Notes: generated by a model from the letters alone, not told the origin. DNA of 58,118 nucleotides from a virus (IMGVR_UViG_3300023272_000003:1-58118); one strand, 5' to 3'; numbered from the stretch's first letter, positions 24,652 to 34,900 are shown. Program-made: numbers and translations.

Positions 24652-26112
24652 TTAAGGTGCTGTCAGTGGAACGCGTGTCCACGTCTCCGCATTCGGGTCA
24701 GAACTATACCAGACGGAGGGCGATGTCTCTCCTGCCGCCATGAAAACGAGCATCCAGAGCGCAGAACCGTTCTGGGGCATGATGAGATGGAACGAATCGT
24801 CTTTCGGCGTCAGGTCTTGGCCTGCATCGTTCTTGAACGTGTAGGCGGTGGAGAACTCTTGCTCTCCCGGTCCCTTCGAGACGGCTTTCAGTTGTGCTGG
24901 TGGTAGGGGTGCGCCCACGGAAGGCGCAGGCCCCTGGTAAAAGCAGGCGATAACAAGCGTGTGATCTATTGCCTGCCCCGGCGTCGGATGCGTGCCGCCG
25001 TCAAGGTCACTCAGCGCCATAGCGTTTTTGCCCCATGTGTTGCCGTCGTCATCGCTCTGATCTATCCATATCGAAGAGCCTCTCTCCCAGACAACCAGCG
25101 TCCTGCGATAGATAGGGTCATACACGCCTCTGGGCCGCTTGTCTGTGCCGCCCGTGGTGACTTTTGAACCTGCCTCAAAGCCGTAGAAAGGCCCGTTGTT
25201 GTCGGCCCGGCGGAAGAAGATGCAGCCCTCATCGGTGCCGCCGCTCCCCCGCTCGACCTGCATGTAAAAGCCCCACTGCTCCGCGAAATTCCAGGGAGAG
25301 TCGGACATCGCCGGGAACTCGTTCTGATTGCCCCCGCCCGCTGGTGGCTCTGGGGGAACGCCGCCTGCTGCCAGTTGCTTGATCGTGAACGTCGCAAGCG
25401 GTGGCGTAGAGGGTGGCTTGACCCCGTCGTACCAATCTCGGCTATATAGCCCATCGTAGACCCGCACGTGCCCGGTGCGCGGATAAGCATTCGGGTTCGC
25501 CGTCACCTCGAAATTCGAGAGGTAAGGGCTATGGACGTAGTAGATAAAACCCGGTATCGACGGGTGCGACGATGTGTCGTAGAGCGCACTCTCGTTCGCA
25601 ACCGTCGCAGAGCCTGGAATGACGTTGATCCAGTTGTCAGGAGTGTAGAAAAACCACCGCGCAGGCCCCCGGTTGTCATCGATCACCAGTTTATAGGAGG
25701 CTGGCTGTGCTGCCGCGCTCACCGTAACCTCATCCGGATCGAATGTATAGGTGGCAAACGAGTCCTGAACGATCTTGTAAAGCCCCCCGGATTCGCTGCC
25801 GCGAACAGCCAAGTTGGGTGGCCCCAGAAACTTCAATTCGATGTAGCCAGTACGCTGTGAACCTGTCGTATTCGAGGAAACGGTATAGAAAAATCCCTCA
25901 AATACCGTAGAAGGCAATTGAGGGTAGGCAGGATTACCACCGACGTTCTTCTTATCTCGACTGACGATTGTGATCCATGAGTCGAGCGAGGTCACTTCCC
26001 ACGGCGGAACATAGGAGGTATCGGAGGAGTATATCTCCACCTGGAAATACTCATTGACATGCGCCAGAGGATTGAATATCCTGTGAGCGTCTGGCGGGTA
26101 CGGGGTGGGCAT
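24652..26112 (-). CDS. tail protein with BACON-like domains and Asp-box
   Basis: SWITI..TV..N.TG..RTG.I twice; SDDDGNTW. Confidence 0.7.
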   Translation of the reverse strand: MPTPYPPDAHRIFNPLAHVNEYFQVEIYSSDTSYVPPWEVTSLDSWITIVSRDKKNVGGNPAYPQLPSTVFEGFFYTVSSNTTGSQRTGYIELKFLGPPNLAVRGSESGGLYKIVQDSFATYTFDPDEVTVSAAAQPASYKLVIDDNRGPARWFFYTPDNWINVIPGSATVANESALYDTSSHPSIPGFIYYVHSPYLSNFEVTANPNAYPRTGHVRVYDGLYSRDWYDGVKPPSTPPLATFTIKQLAAGGVPPEPPAGGGNQNEFPAMSDSPWNFAEQWGFYMQVERGSGGTDEGCIFFRRADNNGPFYGFEAGSKVTTGGTDKRPRGVYDPIYRRTLVVWERGSSIWIDQSDDDGNTWGKNAMALSDLDGGTHPTPGQAIDHTLVIACFYQGPAPSVGAPLPPAQLKAVSKGPGEQEFSTAYTFKNDAGQDLTPKDDSFHLIMPQNGSALWMLVFMAAGETSPSVWYSSDPNAETWTRVPLTAP

Positions 26113-26123
26113 AGGTCTCTGGT

Positions 26124-26420
26124 CTACCGCATGATACGGCGCGGATCGCCCGGAATATCGATACCGGGCAGGAAGTAGAGTTCACCGAGTGTCGGGCTTC
26201 CGGGCGTAATATCCTGAAGCGGATGCCACTCGGTGCCGTCCACCGGCAGGGCGAATATATCCGTATGGTTGCCGCCGCCCAGCAGGTGCATGTCGGCGGC
26301 AGTGGTATTCGGCTGGTCTATGCGTAGACCGACGGCACGTGCTGAGTTGCGCCGCGCTGCCTGCCGGTATTTCTCAACTGCTTCGGCCATCGGGTTTACC
26401 GTCCTGATCCTCGCGCGCAA
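26124..26420 (-). CDS. hypothetical tail-module protein
   Basis: Position and strand. Confidence 0.5.
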   Translation of the reverse strand: MRARIRTVNPMAEAVEKYRQAARRNSARAVGLRIDQPNTTAADMHLLGGGNHTDIFALPVDGTEWHPLQDITPGSPTLGELYFLPGIDIPGDPRRIMR

Positions 26421-26559
26421 ATGTTCGCCACGTCGGGTTCCATTTGACAGAGCCGATTTTGCTCTTGCCCTCCGTGGTAGTGATGGTGCCTTCCATCAGA
26501 ACTATGCGTTTTGACGGATCGGACTTGTCATACTCTGCTTCAATGCGTACCTGTATCAT
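26374..26559 (-). CDS. hypothetical protein
   Basis: GAGGGGG RBS. Confidence 0.45.
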   Translation of the reverse strand: MIQVRIEAEYDKSDPSKRIVLMEGTITTTEGKSKIGSVKWNPTWRTFAREDQDGKPDGRSS

Positions 26560-26568
26560 CTATCCCCC

Positions 26569-29244
26569 TCAGTTCTCAAACGGGAGTTGTAATTCGTAGT
26601 ACGCCATCTGCTTCCCATCCTTCTTGTAGGTTGGGTTGCAGTTGCGCACAAGCCACGTCGTCTCCTCGCCCTCATCGATCAGCGTCACGGTATCGTAATA
26701 CCGAAGCGGGCGCGGCGCGCTCTGCAGAGGATCGTTTTCGTCCCATATCAGCGCAAGAGGAGCTTCAAAGGGCAGGATGATCGAACCGTGGCAACTCACG
26801 TCGTAAATGCGTCTGCAAACGAGGTCTACAGTATGCTGATCGCCTAGTCCGAGATTAACCACGATGATTGGCGCGAAGAAGCCCATATAGTCCATGCTAT
26901 TAGGGTTACTGGTGATGATCGGGCTGCCATCCGGGTTGGCAAAGAAATCATAGCTCTTTGGGTTGCAGATCCAATTGGTCCGAACGAACTGCCCATTCTC
27001 CGGCAGATACTCACCTGTTCCGGTAACGCAGACCGCATTCCCCTCCGGGTAGATAGGGTAAGGCTCCATCGTGCCGCCCGCTATGTAGATGGTAGGATTT
27101 ATCCCCACCCACGCCCTGCCGTCCGTATCGCCGTTGTAGCTCTCAGAGGCGGTGGCCAGTTTGCCAGGGGCTTGCGGGTCCAGGGTAAACGTCGCCACCG
27201 GCGAAAACGGCCCACGGTTCGGCACTGGAGGCCTAAGCCGCCACATGCCGCCCTGCGTACCCGCATTGCCGTCCCAGATGAGATACCACCCCAGATAACG
27301 CTTTGCGAACGTCGTCACAGCCTCTGCCACATTCGACAGAGGGTCGATCATCAGCGTTTGGGCGTTCTCTGCCCCGGAGGGAAAGAACCGGATCGGGCTG
27401 TCAGGAACATCGATCTGCCCCGGCGTAAAGCCCGCATAACTGAGGAGAGCGCGGCAGATGTCCGTAACCTTGAAAGGCGGCGCGACTCCCGTCTCTGGAT
27501 CGATCTCGGCGTTCGGATCCGGCGTTTGGAGATCAAGGCGAAACATCGTCAGGCTCTTATGCAACCGCGCCCACATGCCGACAAACGAGATTTGAAAGTC
27601 TCGCCAGTCCTTCGAGGGGTACGCCTTGGGATTGGCACCGCTTGCGCCTCTGCCGCCCTTGTTGCCTTTCTGTCGGCCTGCCGCCTTCTCTATGTAGCCA
27701 TCGAACAGGACACTACGGAGGTCGGTGTCGGCAGGATCGTACTCCGTTTCGATCCTGGTACGGATCAGGGCGCGCCGCCGCACTCTCGATAGAGAACCCG
27801 TGAAATCCTTTATCAGGACCGATGCGGTTTCGTGGGAAGGGTCGGCCTCTGCGCCAGAGATGCTGACATTGCTCGAAACTGCCCCGAACTCGCCCGGCTC
27901 ACTGCTGCCAATCCAGGCATCCCGCTGAACGCGATACTCGTAAAGCACAGGGGTTCGCTTCTGCTCGGTGTCGCTGAAGAAGTCAAATGATGCGTAATAG
28001 AAGGGCTGGCCAGGATTGATATAGTATTCTTTCCAGCCTGTGCCGCCGCGTCCTGTAGCTGTCATTTCTACGCCGGTGGTCGCATCCCGCAAACGCGCCA
28101 CAAACGCGCACCCTGCCGGCACATCGGCCGTCCAGTAGAAGACGACCGGCACCCGCCCGGTAATGTGCCAGGGGAGCCAGAGTGGCAAATCGGTTACGTA
28201 GCCGTCCGGGTAGTAGCGCCAGACGCTGACCTGCCAGGGCGTTCGGAGTTCTCTCGCTACCTCGATCCTAACCGGCCCCTGCCCGGTGACTTGTGTGCGC
28301 GCAGGCAGACCCGGTGGAGGCGCAGACGGTGATTTCGGGGTTGTATCGACCTTAAAAAGATGCTGTGTAATGGTCTGGGGGGCGGCATGGATTTGCATGT
28401 AGAATTGGCCGCTATTGCTGTTACCGACGTTCGCCTGCACCTCTCCCTCGAACTGGATAAACAGTTTGCCCGTTACCGGAGACCGGTAGGGGTGAATGTG
28501 GACCGTTGCGATTTCGCCCCGGTGATCGCCTGCAATCCACTGCCACACATCGACCTGTACCCAGGGATTACCCGTTGCGGCCTTGGCCTGCTCGCTGTAC
28601 TCCGCGAGGTACATGTAGTTCCGAAGCACCACGACCGAATACTGCCCGTTGCCGTTCGAGTTTACCGGGCCGCCGAAATGCTTGCAAATTTGCGATGTGG
28701 TGTAATCGTGCCCGGAAGGGATGCGAAACCGCCACGTAAACGACTGGTTAGGGTCGAACTGCTCATTCGATACCGCGTGACGATCCATGACGGTGGTGAC
28801 GATGGGATAGTTCGGTTGTGGCACGACCATAACGTCCGCGGCCAGGGTCTGCGCCCAACTCTCACCGGCCTTGACGGTCTTTTCGTTCATGGGCAGCCCA
28901 CTCGAAACCGTGGAGGCATCGAGCGTCACACCCTTGAGATATTCCGGCCCTCGGTAGTGGTTGCGCTCCACATAGCCCGGAATGGTCGTGAAGGAGCCTA
29001 ACTGTAGAATCGACAGGCCCTGGTCCTGCTTCTCAGTCTGATTACTGAGGGTCTTCTGATAAGGCGCGAGGGCAATCGCGCCTGTTGCCAAACGGTGAAC
29101 GTTGGCGCTATTGTTCTTATCCAGGCCGCCGCGCGCCATCTCTCCACCAGCACGCCGATGTGCCTGCGGCGGTTCGGACGTGGTGGCCTCCGCGAGATCG
29201 AACCGAACATGTGTCCTGCGATTTGGGGTTATGGTTGAACTCAT
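26569..29244 (-). CDS. large tail tip/hub protein
   Basis: 891 aa after tape measure; C-terminal half resembles tail hub/Tal layout. Confidence 0.7.
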   Translation of the reverse strand: MSSTITPNRRTHVRFDLAEATTSEPPQAHRRAGGEMARGGLDKNNSANVHRLATGAIALAPYQKTLSNQTEKQDQGLSILQLGSFTTIPGYVERNHYRGPEYLKGVTLDASTVSSGLPMNEKTVKAGESWAQTLAADVMVVPQPNYPIVTTVMDRHAVSNEQFDPNQSFTWRFRIPSGHDYTTSQICKHFGGPVNSNGNGQYSVVVLRNYMYLAEYSEQAKAATGNPWVQVDVWQWIAGDHRGEIATVHIHPYRSPVTGKLFIQFEGEVQANVGNSNSGQFYMQIHAAPQTITQHLFKVDTTPKSPSAPPPGLPARTQVTGQGPVRIEVARELRTPWQVSVWRYYPDGYVTDLPLWLPWHITGRVPVVFYWTADVPAGCAFVARLRDATTGVEMTATGRGGTGWKEYYINPGQPFYYASFDFFSDTEQKRTPVLYEYRVQRDAWIGSSEPGEFGAVSSNVSISGAEADPSHETASVLIKDFTGSLSRVRRRALIRTRIETEYDPADTDLRSVLFDGYIEKAAGRQKGNKGGRGASGANPKAYPSKDWRDFQISFVGMWARLHKSLTMFRLDLQTPDPNAEIDPETGVAPPFKVTDICRALLSYAGFTPGQIDVPDSPIRFFPSGAENAQTLMIDPLSNVAEAVTTFAKRYLGWYLIWDGNAGTQGGMWRLRPPVPNRGPFSPVATFTLDPQAPGKLATASESYNGDTDGRAWVGINPTIYIAGGTMEPYPIYPEGNAVCVTGTGEYLPENGQFVRTNWICNPKSYDFFANPDGSPIITSNPNSMDYMGFFAPIIVVNLGLGDQHTVDLVCRRIYDVSCHGSIILPFEAPLALIWDENDPLQSAPRPLRYYDTVTLIDEGEETTWLVRNCNPTYKKDGKQMAYYELQLPFEN

Positions 29245-29322
29245 GGGTTCCTGATCTCAAAAGAGGGATTCGGCTCTGCGCTCTCGAAAATGCCGGGTAT
29301 TCCGCCGCAAGGAGGCTCTTTC

Positions 29323-29805
29323 GTGACTCAGCCCTACAAAATATGCCCACAGTGCCAGGAACCTGCCGCCGTTGCCGCCACGCAGTGCGCCCGATGTGGC
29401 CGCATCTATCGCTCCACGTCACCACAGCAAACACAGGTTTTCGCTAACCCACCAGCACAAGCGCCCGCACCAGCACCCAGAGGCCTGTATTTCGGCGTAG
29501 GTGTCGGCGCGGGCTGCTTATTGGCAATCGGCCTGCTCTGCTTCTTTGTGTGGATGATTTTCTCTGGTGCGCGCTCTCAGGGCGGAACCCAAACCGCGCA
29601 ACTGGCGGCGAAGATGCAGGTTTATATCCCCTGTCGCCCCTATGAGTTTGAAGGCAAGTTCGGCAGGCCGGACAGCATGTCAAATACCAATCGGGACGGC
29701 ATAGAGTTTTACTTTTGGAACTATCGCTGCAAGGACGGCACGGTCACCGTTACGTTCAACAGCACCACCCAATACATAGAGCGAGTCAGCACCGAAGGGC
29801 CATGA
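29323..29805 (+). CDS. zinc-ribbon, single-TM membrane protein (moron)
   Basis: CPQC..CARC, TM, FG.PD...W.Y..V.F exported domain; AAGGAGG RBS; antisense to tail genes. Confidence 0.75.
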   Translation: MTQPYKICPQCQEPAAVAATQCARCGRIYRSTSPQQTQVFANPPAQAPAPAPRGLYFGVGVGAGCLLAIGLLCFFVWMIFSGARSQGGTQTAQLAAKMQVYIPCRPYEFEGKFGRPDSMSNTNRDGIEFYFWNYRCKDGTVTVTFNSTTQYIERVSTEGP

Positions 29806-29807
29806 GT

Positions 29808-31124
29808 CTACATGGCCCCTAGGGCATGCGTTTCCTGGTTCCAGTTGCGCGAATTGGCACCACCCCATGAGGAGGGCACTGCGCCGCGTGCGCGCTCCCC
29901 GCCGCCATAGGTGCCGTTCCGAAGAGCCGCAGCAGTATTGCTATTAAGTGCGTCTGTGTTACGTTCTACAGCATCCCGATGATCCTGTGTGTTTTTACTA
30001 CCTGAGTCAAAAATATCTAAAAATTGCTTAAATAGACCAGACACAGAAAGCTTCTCGCTAAGATCGATAAGTGCAATAATAGGTTTTGTTAGCCAACCTA
30101 ATACCTCTCCAAGCGTTAGCAGTTCATCTATTACGCTTGTCGCGAAGTGAATAAGGGCTGGTCCAGCCTCTACCGCCAATGTATCGAGTTTTAACTGTAG
30201 AATCCCCATTTCGGCATTTAAGTCCGCTGCTGCGTTAGCAGCACCTGAAGTATGAGCAAGTTGGTTTTCCATAGCTGCAATCTTTATGCGCTGTTTCATC
30301 GTATCAGACACATCACGGTAGATCAGTAATTCCTCTACGTGCAACGCACGGGCTATTCGTATAGCTTCTTCATCTGTTGTCTTGTTCTTATCTCCTATAA
30401 AATCCATAAGTTTCAGAAGATTAGTTGCCTTATCTACAGGCCCTGATAAATTGCCACCATAATCACGAATGCCAGCTCTTTGGCCTGCGGCAGCTCCTTC
30501 GCTGGTTTTAAGTGCGTCGGATAATGTTCGTGATAGTCCAGCCGTATCTTGTACTCCCGTAGCGGCACCCAATGCTTTTAATCTTCCTGTTTCAGATGCC
30601 GTGCCACCACTTGTATACATTGCCTGTCTAAAACTTATAAGGCTTTCTGCCGCCGCTTGAGCAGCTTCCCATAAAAGCTTTACTCCTGCTGCTGCTACAG
30701 CAATTTCCGGGCCTAACAGCCCTAGTGCCTTACCTGCGAGCGGCATCAATCCACCACCCCCACCGACGCGGGATGTCATTATTACATCCTTGATCTTATC
30801 AACAAAGGAAGGCGACTGCGGATTCATGCTGCCTTGTGCGCGCTTATAGGCCTTTTGCGCCTGCATAGCGCGATATTGCGCATCGAAAACGGCGGCGGGG
30901 TTTCCGCTTCCCTGCGCGACACGCAACTCCGTTAGAGCCTTTGCGAGACGCTGCGCGGGGCCGAGGGCTGTCTGGAGATTTCGGCTCATGCGCTGCGTTT
31001 TATCCGCTGCTGCGTTGAGGGGTGGTTGAATGGACCTGGTAGCCTGCGCCAATGCCTTCATCTGCTGAATGGCCTGCATGTCCCCTATGACGTTGATATC
31101 AAGGATTAACGGTTCATCGTCCAT
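29808..31124 (-). CDS. tape measure protein (short)
   Basis: Ala-rich helical, follows chaperone frameshift pair. Confidence 0.7.
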   Translation of the reverse strand: MDDEPLILDINVIGDMQAIQQMKALAQATRSIQPPLNAAADKTQRMSRNLQTALGPAQRLAKALTELRVAQGSGNPAAVFDAQYRAMQAQKAYKRAQGSMNPQSPSFVDKIKDVIMTSRVGGGGGLMPLAGKALGLLGPEIAVAAAGVKLLWEAAQAAAESLISFRQAMYTSGGTASETGRLKALGAATGVQDTAGLSRTLSDALKTSEGAAAGQRAGIRDYGGNLSGPVDKATNLLKLMDFIGDKNKTTDEEAIRIARALHVEELLIYRDVSDTMKQRIKIAAMENQLAHTSGAANAAADLNAEMGILQLKLDTLAVEAGPALIHFATSVIDELLTLGEVLGWLTKPIIALIDLSEKLSVSGLFKQFLDIFDSGSKNTQDHRDAVERNTDALNSNTAAALRNGTYGGGERARGAVPSSWGGANSRNWNQETHALGAM

Positions 31125-31407
31125 CAGTAGTCTTCCTCTGGTTCAGGTGGGGTAAATCCACCGTTGCGCTTTGCTTCCCTGGCGATCATCCGATCACGCC
31201 GCACCAATCCCGCAATATCGTCAATCCACTCTGTCGTTGGTTCCTCAAAGTCCCGCCCCTTGTTGCCCCCCAGGCGTTCATTGATCGACCATAGGAGAGC
31301 AATCACCCATACCCACACGGCAGGATGCTGTCTTGTCTTCTCCAAACACAGCCGGATTACTCCGTCGTATCGGGCTTGTCGGGCGTCGGGTTTATTGGTT
31401 TTTTTTT
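31124..31407 (-). CDS. tail assembly chaperone, -1 frameshift extension
   Basis: Open in -1 frame from A9 run at 31399-31407 to tape measure start. Confidence 0.7.
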
Positions 31408-31824
31408 CTTCTTCTGGCACTCAGAGAGGAATGTCATCACGGCGGCACGAGTAGAAGAGGCCCAGCGGAGACGCATGGCTATGAAGTCATCTTCGCTGTA
31501 TTTGTCCGCACAGTTCGGCGGCTGACTCCAGAACATCGCTGCTGCATTCGCGCAGGTAGTGGCCGTCACCTTTTCGGTCACTCCGCCAACAGGAGGGAAG
31601 TCCATCTCTTTCTCGATACCGTTGTCAGGATCTCCCACGTACCGAAGGGTAAGAATCTGTCCCAACTCATAGGCGCGGGTGTCTTCGTTTTCTGTCCTGC
31701 GCCAGAATGTGAGGGTGAAAGGTTCGCCAACAGGATCACCCGTATCTTCGTCGATGTCCTGAAACTCTTTAGTTTGTGCCGTCCGCGTTTTCGGTGCGAC
31801 GGTCCACGGGTTGTATTTTGCCAA
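31357..31824 (-). CDS. tail assembly chaperone
   Basis: Between tail tube and tape measure; ends in slippery AAG AAA AAA AAA C. Confidence 0.75.
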   Translation of the reverse strand: MAKYNPWTVAPKTRTAQTKEFQDIDEDTGDPVGEPFTLTFWRRTENEDTRAYELGQILTLRYVGDPDNGIEKEMDFPPVGGVTEKVTATTCANAAAMFWSQPPNCADKYSEDDFIAMRLRWASSTRAAVMTFLSECQKKKKKPINPTPDKPDTTE

Positions 31825-31839
31825 TTCGTAAAGCTCCCT

Positions 31840-32298
31840 TTAGCTCTGAACCGGGTTCGGGCCGCCGATGTCTACCATCAGAAGGTTGCACTCAAACTTG
31901 AGAGCGTTTTTGCCTTCCATGATAGGCCGATAGTTCTGGATAAGGCCAACATAAGTGTTTATGATGCCCGACTGACCATGCACCACCTGTGCATAATCAA
32001 AGTTCTGTACAATGGCGTTCACCCAGTTGGTAGGAGTAGAAACAGAACCGTTCTTCAGGATGAAACCAGTAATCGAGTAGTTGACGGCAGATTCTAATTT
32101 GACATTATTGCCGAATCCACTCGGAGTAATAGAAGCCTCTTCTGTTCTGTTCTCGTAGACAGGATTGATGCTCTCCAGAACAGTCAGCAGGGTATGGGTA
32201 GTGCCGACAGTCAAAGTGCCATCGATAGCCCGCGTTACTCCTGCAATGGTGGCCGACCCGATGTTGGCACCGAGATCGAGGTTTTGCGCTAGATTCAT
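31840..32298 (-). CDS. major tail tube protein
   Basis: About 150 aa, beta-rich, canonical position. Confidence 0.65.
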   Translation of the reverse strand: MNLAQNLDLGANIGSATIAGVTRAIDGTLTVGTTHTLLTVLESINPVYENRTEEASITPSGFGNNVKLESAVNYSITGFILKNGSVSTPTNWVNAIVQNFDYAQVVHGQSGIINTYVGLIQNYRPIMEGKNALKFECNLLMVDIGGPNPVQS

Positions 32299-32461
32299 TC
32301 CGTCACCTTCTGTTCGTCCTGCCAATCGTGCACAGGGGTTTCGTCAGCAACCGTTTCGGCACCCATCGGCAGAGGCTCACCGTCCGGCAGTTCCATCACT
32401 TTGACCTGTTGGCGTTTGCCCTTGAATCCCCCGTCTTCAGGTCTGGTCATTTTTATCTTGG

Positions 32462-32869
32462 TCATGCCTTCATGCTCCTCTTGATTGCTGCTCTGATTTC
32501 GCGCCGTTTGATAGGCTGCAGGTCGCGCTCGATTGCGCCCAGAATATCACGGGCTACCATTGTGGGCGTACCCTCTTGCAGTCGGCTGCCGTGCGGGTTC
32601 ACCAGCGCCTTGCGCGCCGCGTCGTAGTACCAACCCGAAAAGAAAGTTCCGCCCTGTCGATTAACCAGAGCGGAACCTGTATACTGCCCGTGTCGCGTCG
32701 CGTAGGGATGATCGTCTGCCCTGAGTTGCACCAACGACCTTCCGCCACTGCTCCAGAACTGCCCGATCTTCACCGCCTCTGCACCGATTTGCTCTTGCGC
32801 TTGTTCAAGATCGGGAGACATCCGAGCCGCGATGCGGTCCATCTTGTCCGCCAGTTCTGCGGGCGTCAT
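32462..32869 (-). CDS. tail completion protein (HK97 gp10-like)
   Basis: LQEGTPTMVAR motif and position. Confidence 0.6.
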   Translation of the reverse strand: MTPAELADKMDRIAARMSPDLEQAQEQIGAEAVKIGQFWSSGGRSLVQLRADDHPYATRHGQYTGSALVNRQGGTFFSGWYYDAARKALVNPHGSRLQEGTPTMVARDILGAIERDLQPIKRREIRAAIKRSMKA

Positions 32870-33153
32870 GCTGCTTCTTGCTCAACTTCACTATGCTTTA
32901 AACCCCATGACCTGCGGAAGAACTCAACTTTACCTTTGAGTTCTTGCAAGACAGGGCGACGCGTTTCAGGATCTATCTTGAATAGCCTGTGCTTGCTTGG
33001 ACTATCAGGATCTTGGAGCACATAAGCTATAACAGTACCAGTTTCGTCGTCGGCCTCTAGGCAAATATGGCCGACGTCCTTGCCATCAAGAAAGACATCA
33101 TAGAAAAAACCGTGCTTTCGGCATTCCCTCTGAATGGTTCTATTCAGGAACAT
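32866..33153 (-). CDS. hypothetical protein
   Basis: GAGAGG RBS; coupled. Confidence 0.6.
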   Translation of the reverse strand: MFLNRTIQRECRKHGFFYDVFLDGKDVGHICLEADDETGTVIAYVLQDPDSPSKHRLFKIDPETRRPVLQELKGKVEFFRRSWGLKHSEVEQEAA

Positions 33154-33165
33154 TTGTTTGCCTCT

Positions 33166-33612
33166 CTATAGCGGCCCATCTCCGAACAGCAGACGCGCCG
33201 ACACGCTTCCGCCACGCTGGCTATAGCCTTTTTGAATAAACATGCGGTTCGCGCCGGCTGTTTCGGATTGGTCCAGTTCCGGCACACTCAGCACCTGCGC
33301 CAAGTCGAAACCTACCTGATCCATCCAGTCCCTAAGCCTCTCCATGTAGGGCCGGGTTACGTCGGGATTGTTGTTCGCATCGGCCACAATCGTTACAGTG
33401 AGGTCGGTGTTGTAGTACCGGCATGCCGTCGGGCTGTTCTCTGCGCGAGTGGCTCTGCTGAACTGGTAAACCGCGAAGGGCATCTGCCCAGCCACATCGG
33501 CAAAGTTGATAATCTCCATCTGTTCCAATTCGACGGTAAACTGTATCTCTGGTATGGCCGCCACGATCCCCGCCGCAATATCCGCCGACACGTCTGAGAG
33601 GTAGATGCTCAT
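33166..33612 (-). CDS. putative tail terminator
   Basis: MPFAVY motif, size and position. Confidence 0.55.
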   Translation of the reverse strand: MSIYLSDVSADIAAGIVAAIPEIQFTVELEQMEIINFADVAGQMPFAVYQFSRATRAENSPTACRYYNTDLTVTIVADANNNPDVTRPYMERLRDWMDQVGFDLAQVLSVPELDQSETAGANRMFIQKGYSQRGGSVSARLLFGDGPL

Positions 33613-34040
33613 TCGGGTATTCCTGGCGGGCGCTTGTCGATCGATTGCACGGTGGCGCTGATCTCGTTTGCCGGCCGATTGCCGCGCGTTGGATTCGGCT
33701 TCGGATCGCCTGCCACTCGATAGCAGTTGCCATACGAGGGCGCACGCTTGCCATTCGACATAGACCGGCATACCACCAGCCACCCGGCCCGCACATCGTC
33801 CATTGTCTGCTCGTACTTGATCGTGTCGGTACTGTCGTGCGTCGGAGGATTGAGGCCGCCCGCCGCCGTCGGTTCGTTGATATTGGGCGTGTAGACATAC
33901 TGCACAGGCGCGAGCTCGTATCGGAGCGTATAGGTCTCTTCGCCTAGCCTCTTCCCTGGCCCGATGCCGATACTGCGCCCGACGCTGTAAAAGTCGAACA
34001 GATCCTGGTAGGCTGCTTTTTGTCGGGGCGTAAGGGTCAT
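33609..34040 (-). CDS. putative head closure protein
   Basis: Position; DVRAGWLV...YRV pattern. Confidence 0.55.
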   Translation of the reverse strand: MTLTPRQKAAYQDLFDFYSVGRSIGIGPGKRLGEETYTLRYELAPVQYVYTPNINEPTAAGGLNPPTHDSTDTIKYEQTMDDVRAGWLVVCRSMSNGKRAPSYGNCYRVAGDPKPNPTRGNRPANEISATVQSIDKRPPGIPE

Positions 34041-34762
34041 AGTGTATATTTGGGTCTGTGAAACTTCTGCTGGTGGTAGGCGGCTTCATCTTCTGCTAGG
34101 GAAGAGGTGGCATAAAGTTCCGACCACTCACACAAGTGGCAAGAGGCTATAAAGCCTTTACTGCTTACCTTCACTATGCTCTTGAATTCGTCGTCAATGC
34201 GCTTCCGGTCAGCGGCCTCCATGTCGGCAATGCGTCGCTTGAGTTTGGTGTTCTCTCTGCGGAGATCCGTCGCGGCCTGCATCACGCGCCCATTCAGTTG
34301 CGCCTCTCGCTCGTAGCGCTCTTTCCATTTCTCTGGATCGTCTTTTGCTGCCAACTCGAACCGCAACCGCCGGTTCTCTTCCTGCAACTCCCCCATCAGG
34401 GCAGGCTTGGTGTCGTCGGGGAGGTCGGCCAACATGGAGCCTTCGCCAGTGACGCGGTGTCGTTCGGCATCGGTCAGCGGTTGGACGCCAACAGCCCGAT
34501 AGTCGCCAGAAGGCACAACCCGATGAGCGTGATCGTCTTTCGCTGACAGTTGGATTTCCTGGGCCGATATGCCGATGTTCCCACCGAGCGCACGTATCGC
34601 CCGTTTGATTTGAACCTTTTCGCTCTCAAGAGCCTCCACGCGCCGCAGGAGATCCGCAAGTTCGGGAAATATCACTTCGACCTGACCCGGATCCAGCGCG
34701 CTTAACCCGGTTTTTCTCTCAATTGAGGCTACTACCCGAATATCGCCTGTAATTTCTGGCAT
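34037..34762 (-). CDS. coiled-coil protein with C-terminal C2H2-like motif
   Basis: AAGGAGG RBS; CHLC...H...H. Confidence 0.6.
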   Translation of the reverse strand: MPEITGDIRVVASIERKTGLSALDPGQVEVIFPELADLLRRVEALESEKVQIKRAIRALGGNIGISAQEIQLSAKDDHAHRVVPSGDYRAVGVQPLTDAERHRVTGEGSMLADLPDDTKPALMGELQEENRRLRFELAAKDDPEKWKERYEREAQLNGRVMQAATDLRRENTKLKRRIADMEAADRKRIDDEFKSIVKVSSKGFIASCHLCEWSELYATSSLAEDEAAYHQQKFHRPKYTL

Positions 34763-34793
34763 TGTTTCCGGCCTCCTTAGCCGATCCTATAGA

Positions 34794-34845
34794 GAGCAGG
34801 GCAACCGCTAGGAAAACGGCGTTCGGATGCCTCCTATCCCTGCTC
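34794..34845 (-). ncRNA. candidate cis-regulatory structured RNA
   Basis: GAGCAGGG/CCCTGCTC closing stem, two inner hairpins, TAGG/CCTA alternative pairing. Confidence 0.35.
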
Positions 34846-34900
34846 ATCGTCACAGCGCACAATCGAAGAGCCTCCCGGTTTCCCGAAAGGCTCCTCTGTT

